The notes below the pieces were generated by a model that was given only the letters and a program-made list of their open reading frames with translations, was not told the origin of the DNA and did no database searches. A program made the translations under genes and the position numbers. Shown piece after piece: positions 1 to 10,872 of a DNA stretch of 64,000 bases. How positions within the stretch are numbered: the first letter of the stretch is position 1; each line of letters opens with the position of its first letter. This stretch comes from Thermotogota bacterium. GTDB taxonomy: Bacteria > Thermotogota > Thermotogae > Petrotogales > Petrotogaceae. Location of the stretch: the NCBI GenBank assembly GCA_051748045.1, contig JBNJGY010000002.1, positions 55,498-119,497 on the forward strand. Reading direction: 5' to 3'.

Positions 1-2711
1 TAGCTTTAGATACAATTTACGCTGAAGGCCAAAGAAGATATTTAGAATCCGTTTCTTCTTATGCCAGACAGTTTCTAGGAGATTTAAAAAAACCAGATGT
101 TGAAATGATAGAAGGTTTATCACCAGCTATAGCAATTGAACAAAAAACAGTTTCTAATAATCCTAGGTCAACTGTAGGTACAGTTACAGAAATTTATGAT
201 TATATGAGGGTTTTATATGCTAGAGTGGGCAAAGCTTATTGTCCTAAATGTGGTACAGAGCTTAAAAGTTCAACAGTTGATGAAATTATAGATAATATTT
301 ATAAAGAATTTAAAGATGATTCAAGAATTTATATTTTTTCTCCAATAGCAAAAGAGAAAAAAGGAGAATTCAAAAAAGAAATTAAAAATTTAAAAGTTTC
401 AGGGTTCAGAGTTTTGGAAATTGATGGTGAAATGATGGATTTGGAAGATATTGAATCTTTGAGGAAAAGCTATAGACATAATATAAATCTTTTGGTAGAT
501 AGATTAAAACTTAGAAAAGATAATTTTGAAAGACTTTATGAAGCAATCGAAATAGCTTTGAAAGAGTCTGGTGGTTTTGTTGATATTAGAGAAATGGATA
601 GAAACAATAAAGTTTTAAAAGAACAACAATTTTCTGAAATACTTGCTTGTCCTGAAGATGGCTATAGTTTCCCTGAAATAAATCCAAAATTATTTTCTTT
701 TAACAGTCCATATGGAGCTTGCGAAGATTGTCATGGCTTAGGATTCAAACTTGAAGTTCAACCTGAATATATCTTTGATTTAGAAAAACCACTTAATAAT
801 GGCGGAGTATTGAATATGGGTAAAGATACTTATATGGTAAAAGTGATGACTCAGATTTTAGAAGAATATGATGAAAGTCCATCTAAACCTATGAAAGAAT
901 TACCAGATAAAATAATAAATGTTTTATTATATGGAAGTAGTAAAGAAATTGATTTTGAAGTTGAATCAAAAGAAGGTCGACTTCATAAATTTTCAAAAGC
1001 TTTTGAAGGTATGGTTAATTGGTATAACAGAAGATATTATGAGACAAATTCAAGAGATATTAGAGAATGGATAGAAAGAAATTTTATGCTTCAAACAACA
1101 TGTCAATCATGTGGAGGTCATAGGTTAAGAGAAGAAGCTCTATCGGTAAAAATCAACGATCAAAATATTTTTGAAATAACAGATGAACCAATAGATGATA
1201 CTTCTAGTTTTTTTGAAAAATTAGTATTAAATGATTTTAATAAAGAAGTTGCAAAAGAATTATTGAGAGAAATAAAACTTCGATTACAATTTTTAAAAGA
1301 CGTTGGCTTAGGATATCTATCTCTTTCTAGAACCTCTGGAACATTATCTGGAGGAGAATCTCAGAGAGTTAGACTTGCTACTCAAATTGGATCAGGATTA
1401 ACAGGGGTTACATATGTTTTAGACGAACCTACTATTGGTTTGCATTCTAGAGACAATGATAGGTTGATTGGAACTTTACATAAATTAAAAGATTTAGGAA
1501 ACACTGTTATCATTGTAGAACATGATGAAGAAATTATTAAGAATTCTGATTATATTGTCGATCTAGGTCCTGCTGCTGGTATCAATGGTGGGGAAGTTAT
1601 GTTTGAAGGGACTGTTAAAGATATTTTGAAAAAACCAGGTAAATCTTTAACGGGACAATATTTAACTGGAAGAGCTAAGATTGAATTTTTAGATAAAAAA
1701 AGAGAAAAAAATAAAAAGAAAATATCCATAAAAGGTGCCGCACATAATAATTTAAAAAATATCAATATAGATTTTCCTTTAGGTAAGTTTATAGTAGTTA
1801 CAGGAGTCTCTGGCTCAGGGAAATCTTCGTTGGTTATGGATACTTTGTATCCAGCATTACAAAAAGAAATAAATAGGTCTCGAGTCGTTCCAGGATATTA
1901 TAAAGAAATGAAAGGTTTAGAACATGTTGATAAAATTATTTCAATTGATCAAAGTCCAATAGGAAGAACACCTAGAAGTAATCCTGCTACATATACAGGT
2001 GTTTTTGATTTTATAAGAGATATTTTTTCACAAACAAAAGAATCAAAAATTAGAGGATATGACAAAGGAAGATTTAGTTTTAATGTAAAAGGTGGAAGAT
2101 GTGAATCTTGTAAAGGACATGGTGTGAAAAAAATAGAGATGCAGTTTTTACCTGATGTTTATGTGACATGTGATGTTTGTAAAGGGCAAAGATATAATAA
2201 AGAAACTCTAAAAGTTAAATATAAGGGAAAAACAATTTCTGATGTTTTAGAGATGAGCATCGATGAATCTTCAGAATTTTTCAAGAATGTTTCTTTTATA
2301 AGTAGGATTTTAGAACTATTAAAAGAAGTTGGATTAGGTTATCTAAAACTTGGACAGCCAGCAACAACTTTGTCAGGAGGAGAAGCACAGAGAATTAAAT
2401 TAACTTCAGAACTGAGAAAAAGGTCTACTGGCAAAACTTTTTATATTTTAGATGAGCCTACTACAGGATTACATTTTGAAGACGTAAGGAAATTATTAGC
2501 TGTTTTAGATATGTTAGTTGAAAAAGGAAATACAGTAGTGGTTATTGAGCACAATATGGATGTGATAAAAAATGCAGATCATATTATTGATTTAGGACCA
2601 GACGGTGGTAAAAATGGAGGGAAAATTATAGCAGAAGGTACTCCTGAAGACATTGTAAGACAAGGTGGTTTTACTTCAGACTACTTGAAGGATTATTTGA
2701 ATTATAAATAA
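1..2711 (+). CDS. uvrA: Excinuclease ABC subunit A (5' end outside window)
   Basis: Frame is open from base 3 ([16 protein letters not shown]); Walker A GVSGSGKS, two LSGGE signatures, CxxC zinc fingers. Confidence 0.98.
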   Translation, partial: ALDTIYAEGQRRYLESVSSYARQFLGDLKKPDVEMIEGLSPAIAIEQKTVSNNPRSTVGTVTEIYDYMRVLYARVGKAYCPKCGTELKSSTVDEIIDNIYKEFKDDSRIYIFSPIAKEKKGEFKKEIKNLKVSGFRVLEIDGEMMDLEDIESLRKSYRHNINLLVDRLKLRKDNFERLYEAIEIALKESGGFVDIREMDRNNKVLKEQQFSEILACPEDGYSFPEINPKLFSFNSPYGACEDCHGLGFKLEVQPEYIFDLEKPLNNGGVLNMGKDTYMVKVMTQILEEYDESPSKPMKELPDKIINVLLYGSSKEIDFEVESKEGRLHKFSKAFEGMVNWYNRRYYETNSRDIREWIERNFMLQTTCQSCGGHRLREEALSVKINDQNIFEITDEPIDDTSSFFEKLVLNDFNKEVAKELLREIKLRLQFLKDVGLGYLSLSRTSGTLSGGESQRVRLATQIGSGLTGVTYVLDEPTIGLHSRDNDRLIGTLHKLKDLGNTVIIVEHDEEIIKNSDYIVDLGPAAGINGGEVMFEGTVKDILKKPGKSLTGQYLTGRAKIEFLDKKREKNKKKISIKGAAHNNLKNINIDFPLGKFIVVTGVSGSGKSSLVMDTLYPALQKEINRSRVVPGYYKEMKGLEHVDKIISIDQSPIGRTPRSNPATYTGVFDFIRDIFSQTKESKIRGYDKGRFSFNVKGGRCESCKGHGVKKIEMQFLPDVYVTCDVCKGQRYNKETLKVKYKGKTISDVLEMSIDESSEFFKNVSFISRILELLKEVGLGYLKLGQPATTLSGGEAQRIKLTSELRKRSTGKTFYILDEPTTGLHFEDVRKLLAVLDMLVEKGNTVVVIEHNMDVIKNADHIIDLGPDGGKNGGKIIAEGTPEDIVRQGGFTSDYLKDYLNYK

Positions 2712-3229
2712 TTATTAGTTAACCAATCTATAGGTTCTTCGCCAGCGATTTCATAAAGTGTTTTCAACACTCCATCGTTGGAGAACCCATTTATTATATT
2801 TTCTAAAAGAAACAAAAGTTTTTTAAGCTCTATTTCATTTATTTTTTGATTTTCATAAGACTCAAATAATTCATCCATATCTAATATTTCAAAGGAAAAA
2901 TCTTTTTTTATCAAAATATCTAATTCCAAATCATGAAATAATATATAGTTTTTTGTTTGTTTGTATTTACCAAAATCAATATAAATTAAATAATCAGCTT
3001 TTTCACCATATTCATCTTGAAAATAAGAAAGCATCAAATTGGTTTGAGGTATTAAAAGTCTTTTTACAAATTTTATAGAGTTGTGAGTAGATAATTTTTC
3101 CCAAGAGCGTTTATATCCAAAGACATGTTGGTTGAATTCTCTATATTCTGTGAAATCAAACTTAGTATCGTTTATATGAGTTTTGATTTTTTCAAATTTA
3201 TTTTTCAGATCGAATTTATATTTTTTCAT
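2702..3229 (-). CDS. DUF402-like protein
   Basis: DLELDIL...ILDMDEL motif resembles DUF402; ATG at 3229 follows GGAGGA. Confidence 0.55.
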   Translation of the reverse strand: MKKYKFDLKNKFEKIKTHINDTKFDFTEYREFNQHVFGYKRSWEKLSTHNSIKFVKRLLIPQTNLMLSYFQDEYGEKADYLIYIDFGKYKQTKNYILFHDLELDILIKKDFSFEILDMDELFESYENQKINEIELKKLLFLLENIINGFSNDGVLKTLYEIAGEEPIDWLTNNYL

Positions 3230-3252
3230 ACTTTCCTCCAACAGATGATATT

Positions 3253-3284
3253 AAAAAAAGGTGACTCTACAATAGAGTCACCTT
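3253..3284 (-). terminator. Intrinsic terminator after DUF1015 gene
   Basis: AAGGTGACTCTA-caa-TAGAGTCACCTT hairpin with minus-strand U tract. Confidence 0.85.
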
Positions 3285-3301
3285 CAATTATATCATAAGG
3301 C

Positions 3302-4546
3302 TTATATTTTATGAACTACAAGACCTGATCTTAATTTTGGTTCAAACCAAGTTGATTTAGGTGGCATTATTTTTCCAGCATCAGCAACATTTATTAGTTG
3401 TTCTAGTGGAGTAGGATACATCGAGAAAGCAACTCCCCAATCTTTTGTATCTATCCATTTTGATAATGCTCCTACACCTCTAATTCCTCCTAAGAAGTGT
3501 ATTCTTGAATCTTTTCTTGGATCTTTAATGTTTAATATTGGGTCTAATAAATGATTTTGTAAGATATAAACATCCAGTTCTTTAACAGGATCATTTTTAT
3601 CTATAATTTCATCTTTTGCTTTTAAAAGATACCATTCTTTGTCAATATACATTCCAAAATTATGAATATTTTCTGGAGAATAAGGTGATTCAGGTGCTAT
3701 TTGTACTTCAAATTTATCTTTTATTGAAGCTAAAAAATCATCTTTGGATAAACCATTTAAATCTTTTACTACTCTGTTATAGTCTAAAACTCTAAGCTCA
3801 TCATGCGGAAAAATTGCTGCTAAGAAATAATTATATTCTTCATCTCCTGTGTGATTAGAATTTTCATCTTTTTTTATTTTTCTAGTTCTAGAGGCTGCAG
3901 CGGCTCTATGGTGTCCGTCTGCTATGTAAAGGTTATCTATCCCTTTAAAAGCTTCTTTTATTTCATTTACTTTATTTTCATCATCAATTAACCATAGTTC
4001 TTGTCGTACTTCGTTATCGTCAATAAAATCAGAAATTTTATTTGTATCATTAATAGAATTTTCCAACAAATTTTTGATTTCATCTTTAGATTTAAAAGTC
4101 AAGAAAACAGGACCTGATTGAGCTCCTAATAATGTTATGTGCCTTGTTCTATCGTCTTCTTTTTCTTCTCTAGTTAATTCATGTTTTTTAATTTTTCCTT
4201 CATCATATTCATCAACAGAAACTGTTGCGAATAATCCTAATTGGGTTTTCCCTTTCCATGTTTCTCTATAAATGTAATAAGATGGTTTCTCATCATTTAT
4301 TAAGATTCCTTCTTCCTCAAATTTTCTGAGGTTTTCACCAGCTTTTTTATAAACTTCGTCAGAATGAGGATCAGTTCCATCTGAGAAATCTACTTCCGCT
4401 CTAGTTACTCTCAAAAAACTATTTGGATGTTCAGATACTATTTTTTCTACTTCATCACTTTCTAGAACATCATATGGTGGACATGAAAATTCTTCTATAT
4501 GTTCTTTTTTAGGTCTTAATCCTTTAAACGGTCTCACTAAAGACAA
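3302..4546 (-). CDS. DUF1015 family protein
   Basis: PPYDV, IKKHELT, YIADGHHR and MPPKSTWFEPKLRSGL motifs; TTG start with GGAGG RBS. Confidence 0.9.
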   Translation of the reverse strand: MSLVRPFKGLRPKKEHIEEFSCPPYDVLESDEVEKIVSEHPNSFLRVTRAEVDFSDGTDPHSDEVYKKAGENLRKFEEEGILINDEKPSYYIYRETWKGKTQLGLFATVSVDEYDEGKIKKHELTREEKEDDRTRHITLLGAQSGPVFLTFKSKDEIKNLLENSINDTNKISDFIDDNEVRQELWLIDDENKVNEIKEAFKGIDNLYIADGHHRAAAASRTRKIKKDENSNHTGDEEYNYFLAAIFPHDELRVLDYNRVVKDLNGLSKDDFLASIKDKFEVQIAPESPYSPENIHNFGMYIDKEWYLLKAKDEIIDKNDPVKELDVYILQNHLLDPILNIKDPRKDSRIHFLGGIRGVGALSKWIDTKDWGVAFSMYPTPLEQLINVADAGKIMPPKSTWFEPKLRSGLVVHKI

Positions 4547-4548
4547 GG

Positions 4549-4974
4549 TTATCCCTCCTCATAATACTTTTTAAAATATTTATTTTGAATTTCAAACATT
4601 TTTTCTTCTTTTTCATCTGTATCGTTATGGTTGTAACCAAGGATGTGTAGTACACCATGTATTAGGATATAAAAAAATTCTTCTTCAAAACTGTTGTTGA
4701 AGTTTTTTGCTTGTTTTTTGATTCTTTCGATCGATATAACTATATCACCAATGATTTTCTCTTTCAAACCGTATTCAAAGGAAAGAACGTCAGTTGGCGT
4801 TGATTTTCCTCGGAAATTTGAATTATACTCTTGAATTGTCTCATTATCGCTCAAAAGAATATTCAATTCAAAGTCTCCATCCTGATATTCTTCTAAAATA
4901 ACTTTTTCGCAAATATATTCAATTTTTTTTATATTTATCTTTTCTTCAGATTGATTGTTTATATTTATAATCAA
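4549..4974 (-). CDS. ybeY: rRNA maturation endoribonuclease YbeY
   Basis: PTDVLSF, GDIVIS, HGVLHILGYNH; phoH-HD-ybeY synteny. Confidence 0.95.
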   Translation of the reverse strand: MIININNQSEEKINIKKIEYICEKVILEEYQDGDFELNILLSDNETIQEYNSNFRGKSTPTDVLSFEYGLKEKIIGDIVISIERIKKQAKNFNNSFEEEFFYILIHGVLHILGYNHNDTDEKEEKMFEIQNKYFKKYYEEG

Positions 4975-4980
4975 ATTTAA

Positions 4981-6372
4981 TCACCTTTTTAATTCTTTAG
5001 AATCTATTTTTGGATATTTAATTCTCTTATGATTCATTTCCATTATTGTTCTAATTATTTTCCCCTTTATCATTTGTAATTCTCTTAAAGATAATCCCGC
5101 ATCATCTAATTGACCTTCGAAAAAAAGAGATTCGATTAGGTCATCTAATTTTTCATTTAGATCAGAAGCATTATAATCTTTCATAGAACGTGTTATAGCT
5201 TCCGTTACATCACATATCATGAGTATAGCAGATTCTTTAAATTGAGGGATTGGCCCTGGATATTTGAAAAGATCTGTATTTTGAATTCCAGTTTCATCAT
5301 AATATTTCTTATAAAAAAATTGTTTGATTCTAGTTCCTTGATGTTGAACAATCATATCTTCTATTAATATAGGTAATCTATGTTCTTTTGCCATTTGTTT
5401 TCCATAATTTACATGATTATCTAAAATTAATGAACTCATTTTTGGACTTATATTGTTATGTGGATTAACTCCTTTTTGATTTTCAGTAAAGAATTGAGGT
5501 CTCCATGTTTTACCAATATCGTGAAAATATGAGCCTACTCTTGCCAATATAGAATTTCCTTTTATGTGTTCCGTGGCACTTTCTGCAATATTTGAAATTA
5601 TCATACTATGGTAATAAGTACCAGCAGCATGTAAAGTCATCTTTTTAAGGACAGGATGATTTAAATTTCCCAGTTCCAATAAACCCAAATCAGAATAAAC
5701 TCTTGTTATGTACTCAAAAAATGGTAATATCCCCATTGAAATAAGCATTGTAAAAAAGTTTATCAAGAAAATTGACAATAATTGATTTGTATCTCTAGTA
5801 TAACTAAATACAACCATCAAACCTATTTGTAAAACACTTGAAATTATAAAAGGTAAAAATATTTCAATTCTTCTAATAATCTTTTTAGATACCCAAGCAA
5901 CAAATGTTGAAGGTAAAAAAATAATCATCATATAAGTAATATCAAATCCATATATTATTCCAAAAAATAAAGAAAAAGATAAAGAAGATAAAATACCTAT
6001 ATCAAAATCAATAAGCATTGTAATAAGCATAGTCGTTAAAAGAGCTGTTACTGTATAAACACTTACATATTTATATATAAACGCATTTAATAATATTGCT
6101 GAAACTAAAGGGATCATAAAAGCTGCCCAATAATTTGTTGGATGAAGTTGAAACATCTTTTTCTTTTTTATGTATAATTCTACTATAAAAAACCAATATG
6201 TTTGGAAGACTATATTGAATTTTACTTGAAAATCAAAAGATAACCTTCTCCAAATTATGAATTCAACAATAAAACTTAATATTGCGAAAATAAGCATTCT
6301 AATTATTATGGATTCTAAATTCTGTGGTTTTTCTTTTAAAACCTCTTCTTTTAATTTTTTCTTTCTTTTCAT
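4981..6372 (-). CDS. 7TM-HDIG phosphohydrolase (PgpH-like)
   Basis: About 7 hydrophobic segments followed by GTYYHS, YFHDIGK, FFTENQ, YPGPIPQ; ATG 6372 after GGAGTGA. Confidence 0.85.
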   Translation of the reverse strand: MKRKKKLKEEVLKEKPQNLESIIIRMLIFAILSFIVEFIIWRRLSFDFQVKFNIVFQTYWFFIVELYIKKKKMFQLHPTNYWAAFMIPLVSAILLNAFIYKYVSVYTVTALLTTMLITMLIDFDIGILSSLSFSLFFGIIYGFDITYMMIIFLPSTFVAWVSKKIIRRIEIFLPFIISSVLQIGLMVVFSYTRDTNQLLSIFLINFFTMLISMGILPFFEYITRVYSDLGLLELGNLNHPVLKKMTLHAAGTYYHSMIISNIAESATEHIKGNSILARVGSYFHDIGKTWRPQFFTENQKGVNPHNNISPKMSSLILDNHVNYGKQMAKEHRLPILIEDMIVQHQGTRIKQFFYKKYYDETGIQNTDLFKYPGPIPQFKESAILMICDVTEAITRSMKDYNASDLNEKLDDLIESLFFEGQLDDAGLSLRELQMIKGKIIRTIMEMNHKRIKYPKIDSKELKR

Positions 6373-6376
6373 ATTA

Positions 6377-7342
6377 TCACTCCGAGTCTTTTTCGAAAAT
6401 CTCGTAAGCATTTATAATCTCTTTCACAAGAGGATTTCTTACAACATCCGATTTTTTTAATTCGTTAAATTTAATTCCTTTTATATTGGTCAAAAAATGG
6501 CTCACAGCCAATAACCCTGAATCTTTTTTCTTTTCCAAATCAATTTGGGTGATGTCTCCAGTTACTACAACTTGAGAGTTAAACCCAATTCTTGTTAAAA
6601 ACATTTTCATTTGTTGATAAGTACTGTTTTGTGCTTCATCTAAAATAATAAAGGAGTTATTTAGCGTTCGACCTCTCATATAAGCTAAAGGAACTATTTC
6701 GATAATTCCTTTTTCCTTATAAAAATTAACTTTTTCTACTCCTAAAAAGTCTATAAGCGAATCATATAAAGGTTTTAGATAAGGATCAACTTTTTCATAA
6801 AGAGTTCCTGGTAAAAAACCAAGCTTTTCTCCTGCTTCGACAGCAGGTCTTGTTAAAATAAGTCTTTGGACTTTTCCTTTCTTTAAATAATCAACAGCCA
6901 TTGCAACTGCTAAATAAGTTTTACCAGTACCAGCGGGACCAATCGAAAAAACTATTTCGTTGTTTTTTAAATCTTCAATGTATTTTGCTTGACCATCTGT
7001 TTTTGCTGATATTTTAACTCCATTAATTGTAGTGTTTATTACTTCTTTCATGGATTTAGAAGTATCGATATCTTCACCGGTATTTCTTGAAATCAAATAT
7101 AGAAATTGATTCCATTCTGGTAAATGCCCTTCCTCCAATATATCAATTAATTCTTTAAAAACATTTTTGACTATTTTATTATTTCTATCTGATTCAGAAT
7201 TTATTGTAATTTTATTGTCTTTTAAATAAATGTCAACATTGAATTTTTTAGATAAATATTTCGCCCTTTTATTATAAGCTCCAAAAACCTCTACTGGTTC
7301 TAGATCTTTAGGCATGTTTATATAAGCTTTCAGTAGAATCAT
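6377..7342 (-). CDS. phoH: PhoH family ATPase
   Basis: GPAGTGKTYLA, RPAVEAGEKLGFLPG, YMRGRT, DEAQN. Confidence 0.96.
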   Translation of the reverse strand: MILLKAYINMPKDLEPVEVFGAYNKRAKYLSKKFNVDIYLKDNKITINSESDRNNKIVKNVFKELIDILEEGHLPEWNQFLYLISRNTGEDIDTSKSMKEVINTTINGVKISAKTDGQAKYIEDLKNNEIVFSIGPAGTGKTYLAVAMAVDYLKKGKVQRLILTRPAVEAGEKLGFLPGTLYEKVDPYLKPLYDSLIDFLGVEKVNFYKEKGIIEIVPLAYMRGRTLNNSFIILDEAQNSTYQQMKMFLTRIGFNSQVVVTGDITQIDLEKKKDSGLLAVSHFLTNIKGIKFNELKKSDVVRNPLVKEIINAYEIFEKDSE

Positions 7343-7443
7343 CTCCTTATTTATGATAAAATCTAAATGTTGAGATATTTAGATACATCATTATCTATTT
7401 TAACATATTTTATCAATTTAAAGATAAACTTGGAGGCAAAAAT

Positions 7444-8271
7444 ATGTGGTATCCCGGTCATATTAAAAAAGCAAAAGATAGCATAAAAAAGAATTTGAAA
7501 ATTGTCGATGCAGTTATAGAACTTCTAGATGCACGAGCTCCTTATGCTTCAAGAGCTTATGAATATGAAAACTTGTTCAAAAACAAACAAAAAATACTTA
7601 TAATGAACAAATATGATATTTGTGATAAAGAAAAAACTGAGGAATGGGTAGATCTTTACAAAGAAAAAGGGTATGTTGTATTAAAAACGAATTTAAAATC
7701 TGAAAACATAAAAAAGTTTTTAGAAAATAAAGTGGCAAAACACATTCCAACAAATTATAAAGAAAAAAGAGCTATTATTGTAGGAGTACCTAATGTTGGA
7801 AAATCAACTTTTATAAATAGATTCAAAGGTAAAAAGTCTACCACTATTGGGAATATCCCTGGAGTTACTAAAGGTATTCAATGGATTAGTGTAAATAAAG
7901 AGATAAAAATATTAGATACACCTGGTATTCTTTTTCCGGAATTATACAATGAAGGAATTAAAAATAAATTAATGGCTATTGGTTCTATTAAAGGTGACGA
8001 TGTTATAAAAGACGATGCTGTATTTTATATTTTTGATTACTTGAAAAGAAAATATCCTGATTACCTTGACAATATAGTAGAAGATGGATCAAAAAAAGAA
8101 AATGCATATGAATTTATTCTTGAATTTGCAAAAAAAAGAAATTTTATAAAAAAAGGTGGAGTTGGAGATTATGATAGAGGTAGAAATACTTTTTTGAAAG
8201 ATTTTAATGATGGGGTGTTTGGTAGAGTAACGCTTGAATCACCAGATGATTATGAACAAATTAAAATATAG
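7444..8271 (+). CDS. rbgA: Ribosome biogenesis GTPase RbgA/YlqF
   Basis: MWYPGH start, DARAP, GVPNVGKST, DTPG; circularly permuted GTPase. Confidence 0.95.
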   Translation: MWYPGHIKKAKDSIKKNLKIVDAVIELLDARAPYASRAYEYENLFKNKQKILIMNKYDICDKEKTEEWVDLYKEKGYVVLKTNLKSENIKKFLENKVAKHIPTNYKEKRAIIVGVPNVGKSTFINRFKGKKSTTIGNIPGVTKGIQWISVNKEIKILDTPGILFPELYNEGIKNKLMAIGSIKGDDVIKDDAVFYIFDYLKRKYPDYLDNIVEDGSKKENAYEFILEFAKKRNFIKKGGVGDYDRGRNTFLKDFNDGVFGRVTLESPDDYEQIKI

Positions 8272-9145
8272 TATTTTGATATTGTTATTTTTTTCAAATA
8301 TTGTTTTTTCTTATAAAATATTTTCTAATGGGTTATATTTTAAAGATTTTATAGAGAATAAAATTAAATACTCTAGAGAAATAAAAATAGTTACCTATAG
8401 TATTGACGAAACAATAACGAAATCTCTTTTGAGCAAAAACCATCATATTATAGCAGATTCTTCAGGAGTGAAAACTAAAGACAAATTAAATATACAAAAA
8501 GTCACCGCCCCTAATACAGGGATACAACATGAAAAATTCTATATATTTGATGATGAATCTGTTATTTTTGGTACAGGAAATATGACATATAGTGGAATAA
8601 TTGGAGATAAAAATATTTTTGTTTATACTGAAGATAAAGAGATTGTTAATGTTTTTAAAAAAGAATTCTACAATTTGAGCTCAAAGAAATATAAACCTTC
8701 TTTAGAGAAAAAACTAAATAATACAGAAATTGGAGATTTTTCTTTTTATTCAACTCCCAATAATAAAATATACAAAGTTATTCAAAAAGAAATTCGAAAA
8801 GCAAAAAATAAAATAGATATATTTGCTTTTTCATTAACAGATCCATTTTTAGTTTATGAAATTGAAAAAGCAGCTTCTAAAGATATAGAAATTAATTTAT
8901 ATTTTGATGATTGGAATATTTATTATTCTGAAGCAGTCAATCATTTAAAAGGAATAAATAAAGTTAGCTATGATGATCTTCATGCAAAAATTATAATTTT
9001 AGATGAAAAAAGAATAATATTAGGAAGCTATAATTTTACATACAAAGCTAGAAATACAAATTATGAACTGTTAACGATTGTAGATAATAAAGCAATAAGT
9101 GAAATTGTAAAATCTATGTTAATAGAGGAGGAAATAATAAAATGA
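8252..9145 (+). CDS. Secreted phospholipase D/nuclease superfamily protein
   Basis: Signal peptide; two HxKxxxxD motifs (HEKFYIFD, HAKIIILD) followed by GTGN and GSYN; start uncertain. Confidence 0.8.
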   Translation: MNKLKYSILILLFFSNIVFSYKIFSNGLYFKDFIENKIKYSREIKIVTYSIDETITKSLLSKNHHIIADSSGVKTKDKLNIQKVTAPNTGIQHEKFYIFDDESVIFGTGNMTYSGIIGDKNIFVYTEDKEIVNVFKKEFYNLSSKKYKPSLEKKLNNTEIGDFSFYSTPNNKIYKVIQKEIRKAKNKIDIFAFSLTDPFLVYEIEKAASKDIEINLYFDDWNIYYSEAVNHLKGINKVSYDDLHAKIIILDEKRIILGSYNFTYKARNTNYELLTIVDNKAISEIVKSMLIEEEIIK

Positions 9146-10869
9146 AAATGAGAATTTCTTTAGCTCAGATGAATGCGAGAGTTGGGGATTACAAATACAA
9201 TTATGATAAAATAATTTATTTTATCGAAAAAGCAATAAAAGAAAATTCGGATATTGTTTTGTTTCCTGAATTAACTCTAAACGGATATCCACCTGAGGAT
9301 TTGATTTTAAAAACTCAATTTTTAAGAGAATCAAAGGAATATACAAAGAAAATAATAAATTATTCAAGAGATAAAGACATAACAATAATCTTTGGGGCTG
9401 TTGATTGGGATATTGAATCATATAATAGCGCTTATGTTGTTTATGATGGGAAGGTAATAACAGATTACAGAAAAATGTTTTTACCTAATTATTCAGTGTT
9501 TGATGAAAAAAGGTATTTTACCAACGGAAAAGATGTAGAGATTTTCCAGATAGATGATGTTAAATTAGGTGTGAATATCTGTGAAGATATATGGGTTCCT
9601 AATGGTCCTGCACTTGCTTTAGCTCAAAATGGAGTGAATGTTATATTAAATTTATCTGCATCGCCTTATCATAAAAATAAAAATATTAGCAAATTAGAAA
9701 TGCTTAAAACAAGAGCATCAGAATTATCTAGTTGGCTAATATATACAAATCATGTTGGAGGGCAAGATGAAGTAGTTTTTGATGGTGGAAGTGTTATTAT
9801 CAATCCATATGGTGAGGTAAAATTAAAAGCTCCTTTGTTTGAAGAAGGTTTATATACAGCAGATATAGATCCTTATGAGACTACTAGAGCAAATTTAAGA
9901 GAAGGAAAAAGAAAACATTATAGTCACAATAATTATACAACAAATAAAATACATAAAATGGAATATAATAAAAAAAATAATAGAAGGAAAATAGAAAAAG
10001 TTGATAATTATTGGTTTGAAGAAATAGAACAAACTTACAATGCTATAAAATTAGGGTTAACTGATTATTTACAAAAAAATAATTTTGAAAAAGTTTGTTT
10101 TGGATTAAGTGGGGGTATTGATTCTGCATTAATTGCTGCAATTGCTTCTGATGCTTTAGGAAAAGAAAATGTTTTAGGTATAATGATGCCTTCAATGTAC
10201 TCATCCAAAGGAAGTGTAAATGATTCAATTAAATTGGCCAAAAATTACGGTTTTAAAACTGTAGAAATCCCTATTAAAGATATTTTTGATAATTTTTCAT
10301 CAAACTTAAAAAATGTAATGTCTGAAATAAAAAGCTTAACACAAGAAAACATTCAAGCAAGATTAAGAGGAACTATAGTTATGAGTTTTTCGAATAATTA
10401 TGGTTATTTAGCTCTTGCAACAAGTAATAAAAGTGAATCAGCTGTGGGTTATTCTACTTTATACGGAGACATGGTTGGGGGATTTTCACCTATAAAAGAT
10501 TTATATAAAACTGAAGTATATAAAATGGCAAACTTCATAAACAAGAAAAACGGATATGATATAATTCCAAGGGAAATTATTGACAAAGCTCCATCTGCGG
10601 AATTAAAACCAGATCAAAAAGACCAAGATAGCTTGCCTGAATATGATCTTTTAGATAGAATATTGTTTAATTACATCGATAGAGAAATGTCTTTTGATGA
10701 ATTAATTGAAGATTTTGATGAACCAATAGTTAGAGAAATAATAAAAAAGGTTGATATAAATGAATTTAAAAGAAGACAGTCAGCTCCTGGAATAAAATTA
10801 ACAGAAAGATCTTTTGGTAAGGATAGAAGAATGCCTATTACAAATGGGTTTAAAATTTGGATGAGATGA
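9142..10869 (+). CDS. nadE: Glutamine-dependent NAD+ synthetase
   Basis: N-terminal nitrilase-like domain (FPEL, ICEDIW) plus SGGIDSA, ENIQAR, NKSE, PSAEL. Confidence 0.96.
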   Translation: MKMRISLAQMNARVGDYKYNYDKIIYFIEKAIKENSDIVLFPELTLNGYPPEDLILKTQFLRESKEYTKKIINYSRDKDITIIFGAVDWDIESYNSAYVVYDGKVITDYRKMFLPNYSVFDEKRYFTNGKDVEIFQIDDVKLGVNICEDIWVPNGPALALAQNGVNVILNLSASPYHKNKNISKLEMLKTRASELSSWLIYTNHVGGQDEVVFDGGSVIINPYGEVKLKAPLFEEGLYTADIDPYETTRANLREGKRKHYSHNNYTTNKIHKMEYNKKNNRRKIEKVDNYWFEEIEQTYNAIKLGLTDYLQKNNFEKVCFGLSGGIDSALIAAIASDALGKENVLGIMMPSMYSSKGSVNDSIKLAKNYGFKTVEIPIKDIFDNFSSNLKNVMSEIKSLTQENIQARLRGTIVMSFSNNYGYLALATSNKSESAVGYSTLYGDMVGGFSPIKDLYKTEVYKMANFINKKNGYDIIPREIIDKAPSAELKPDQKDQDSLPEYDLLDRILFNYIDREMSFDELIEDFDEPIVREIIKKVDINEFKRRQSAPGIKLTERSFGKDRRMPITNGFKIWMR

Positions 10870-10872
10870 GGT

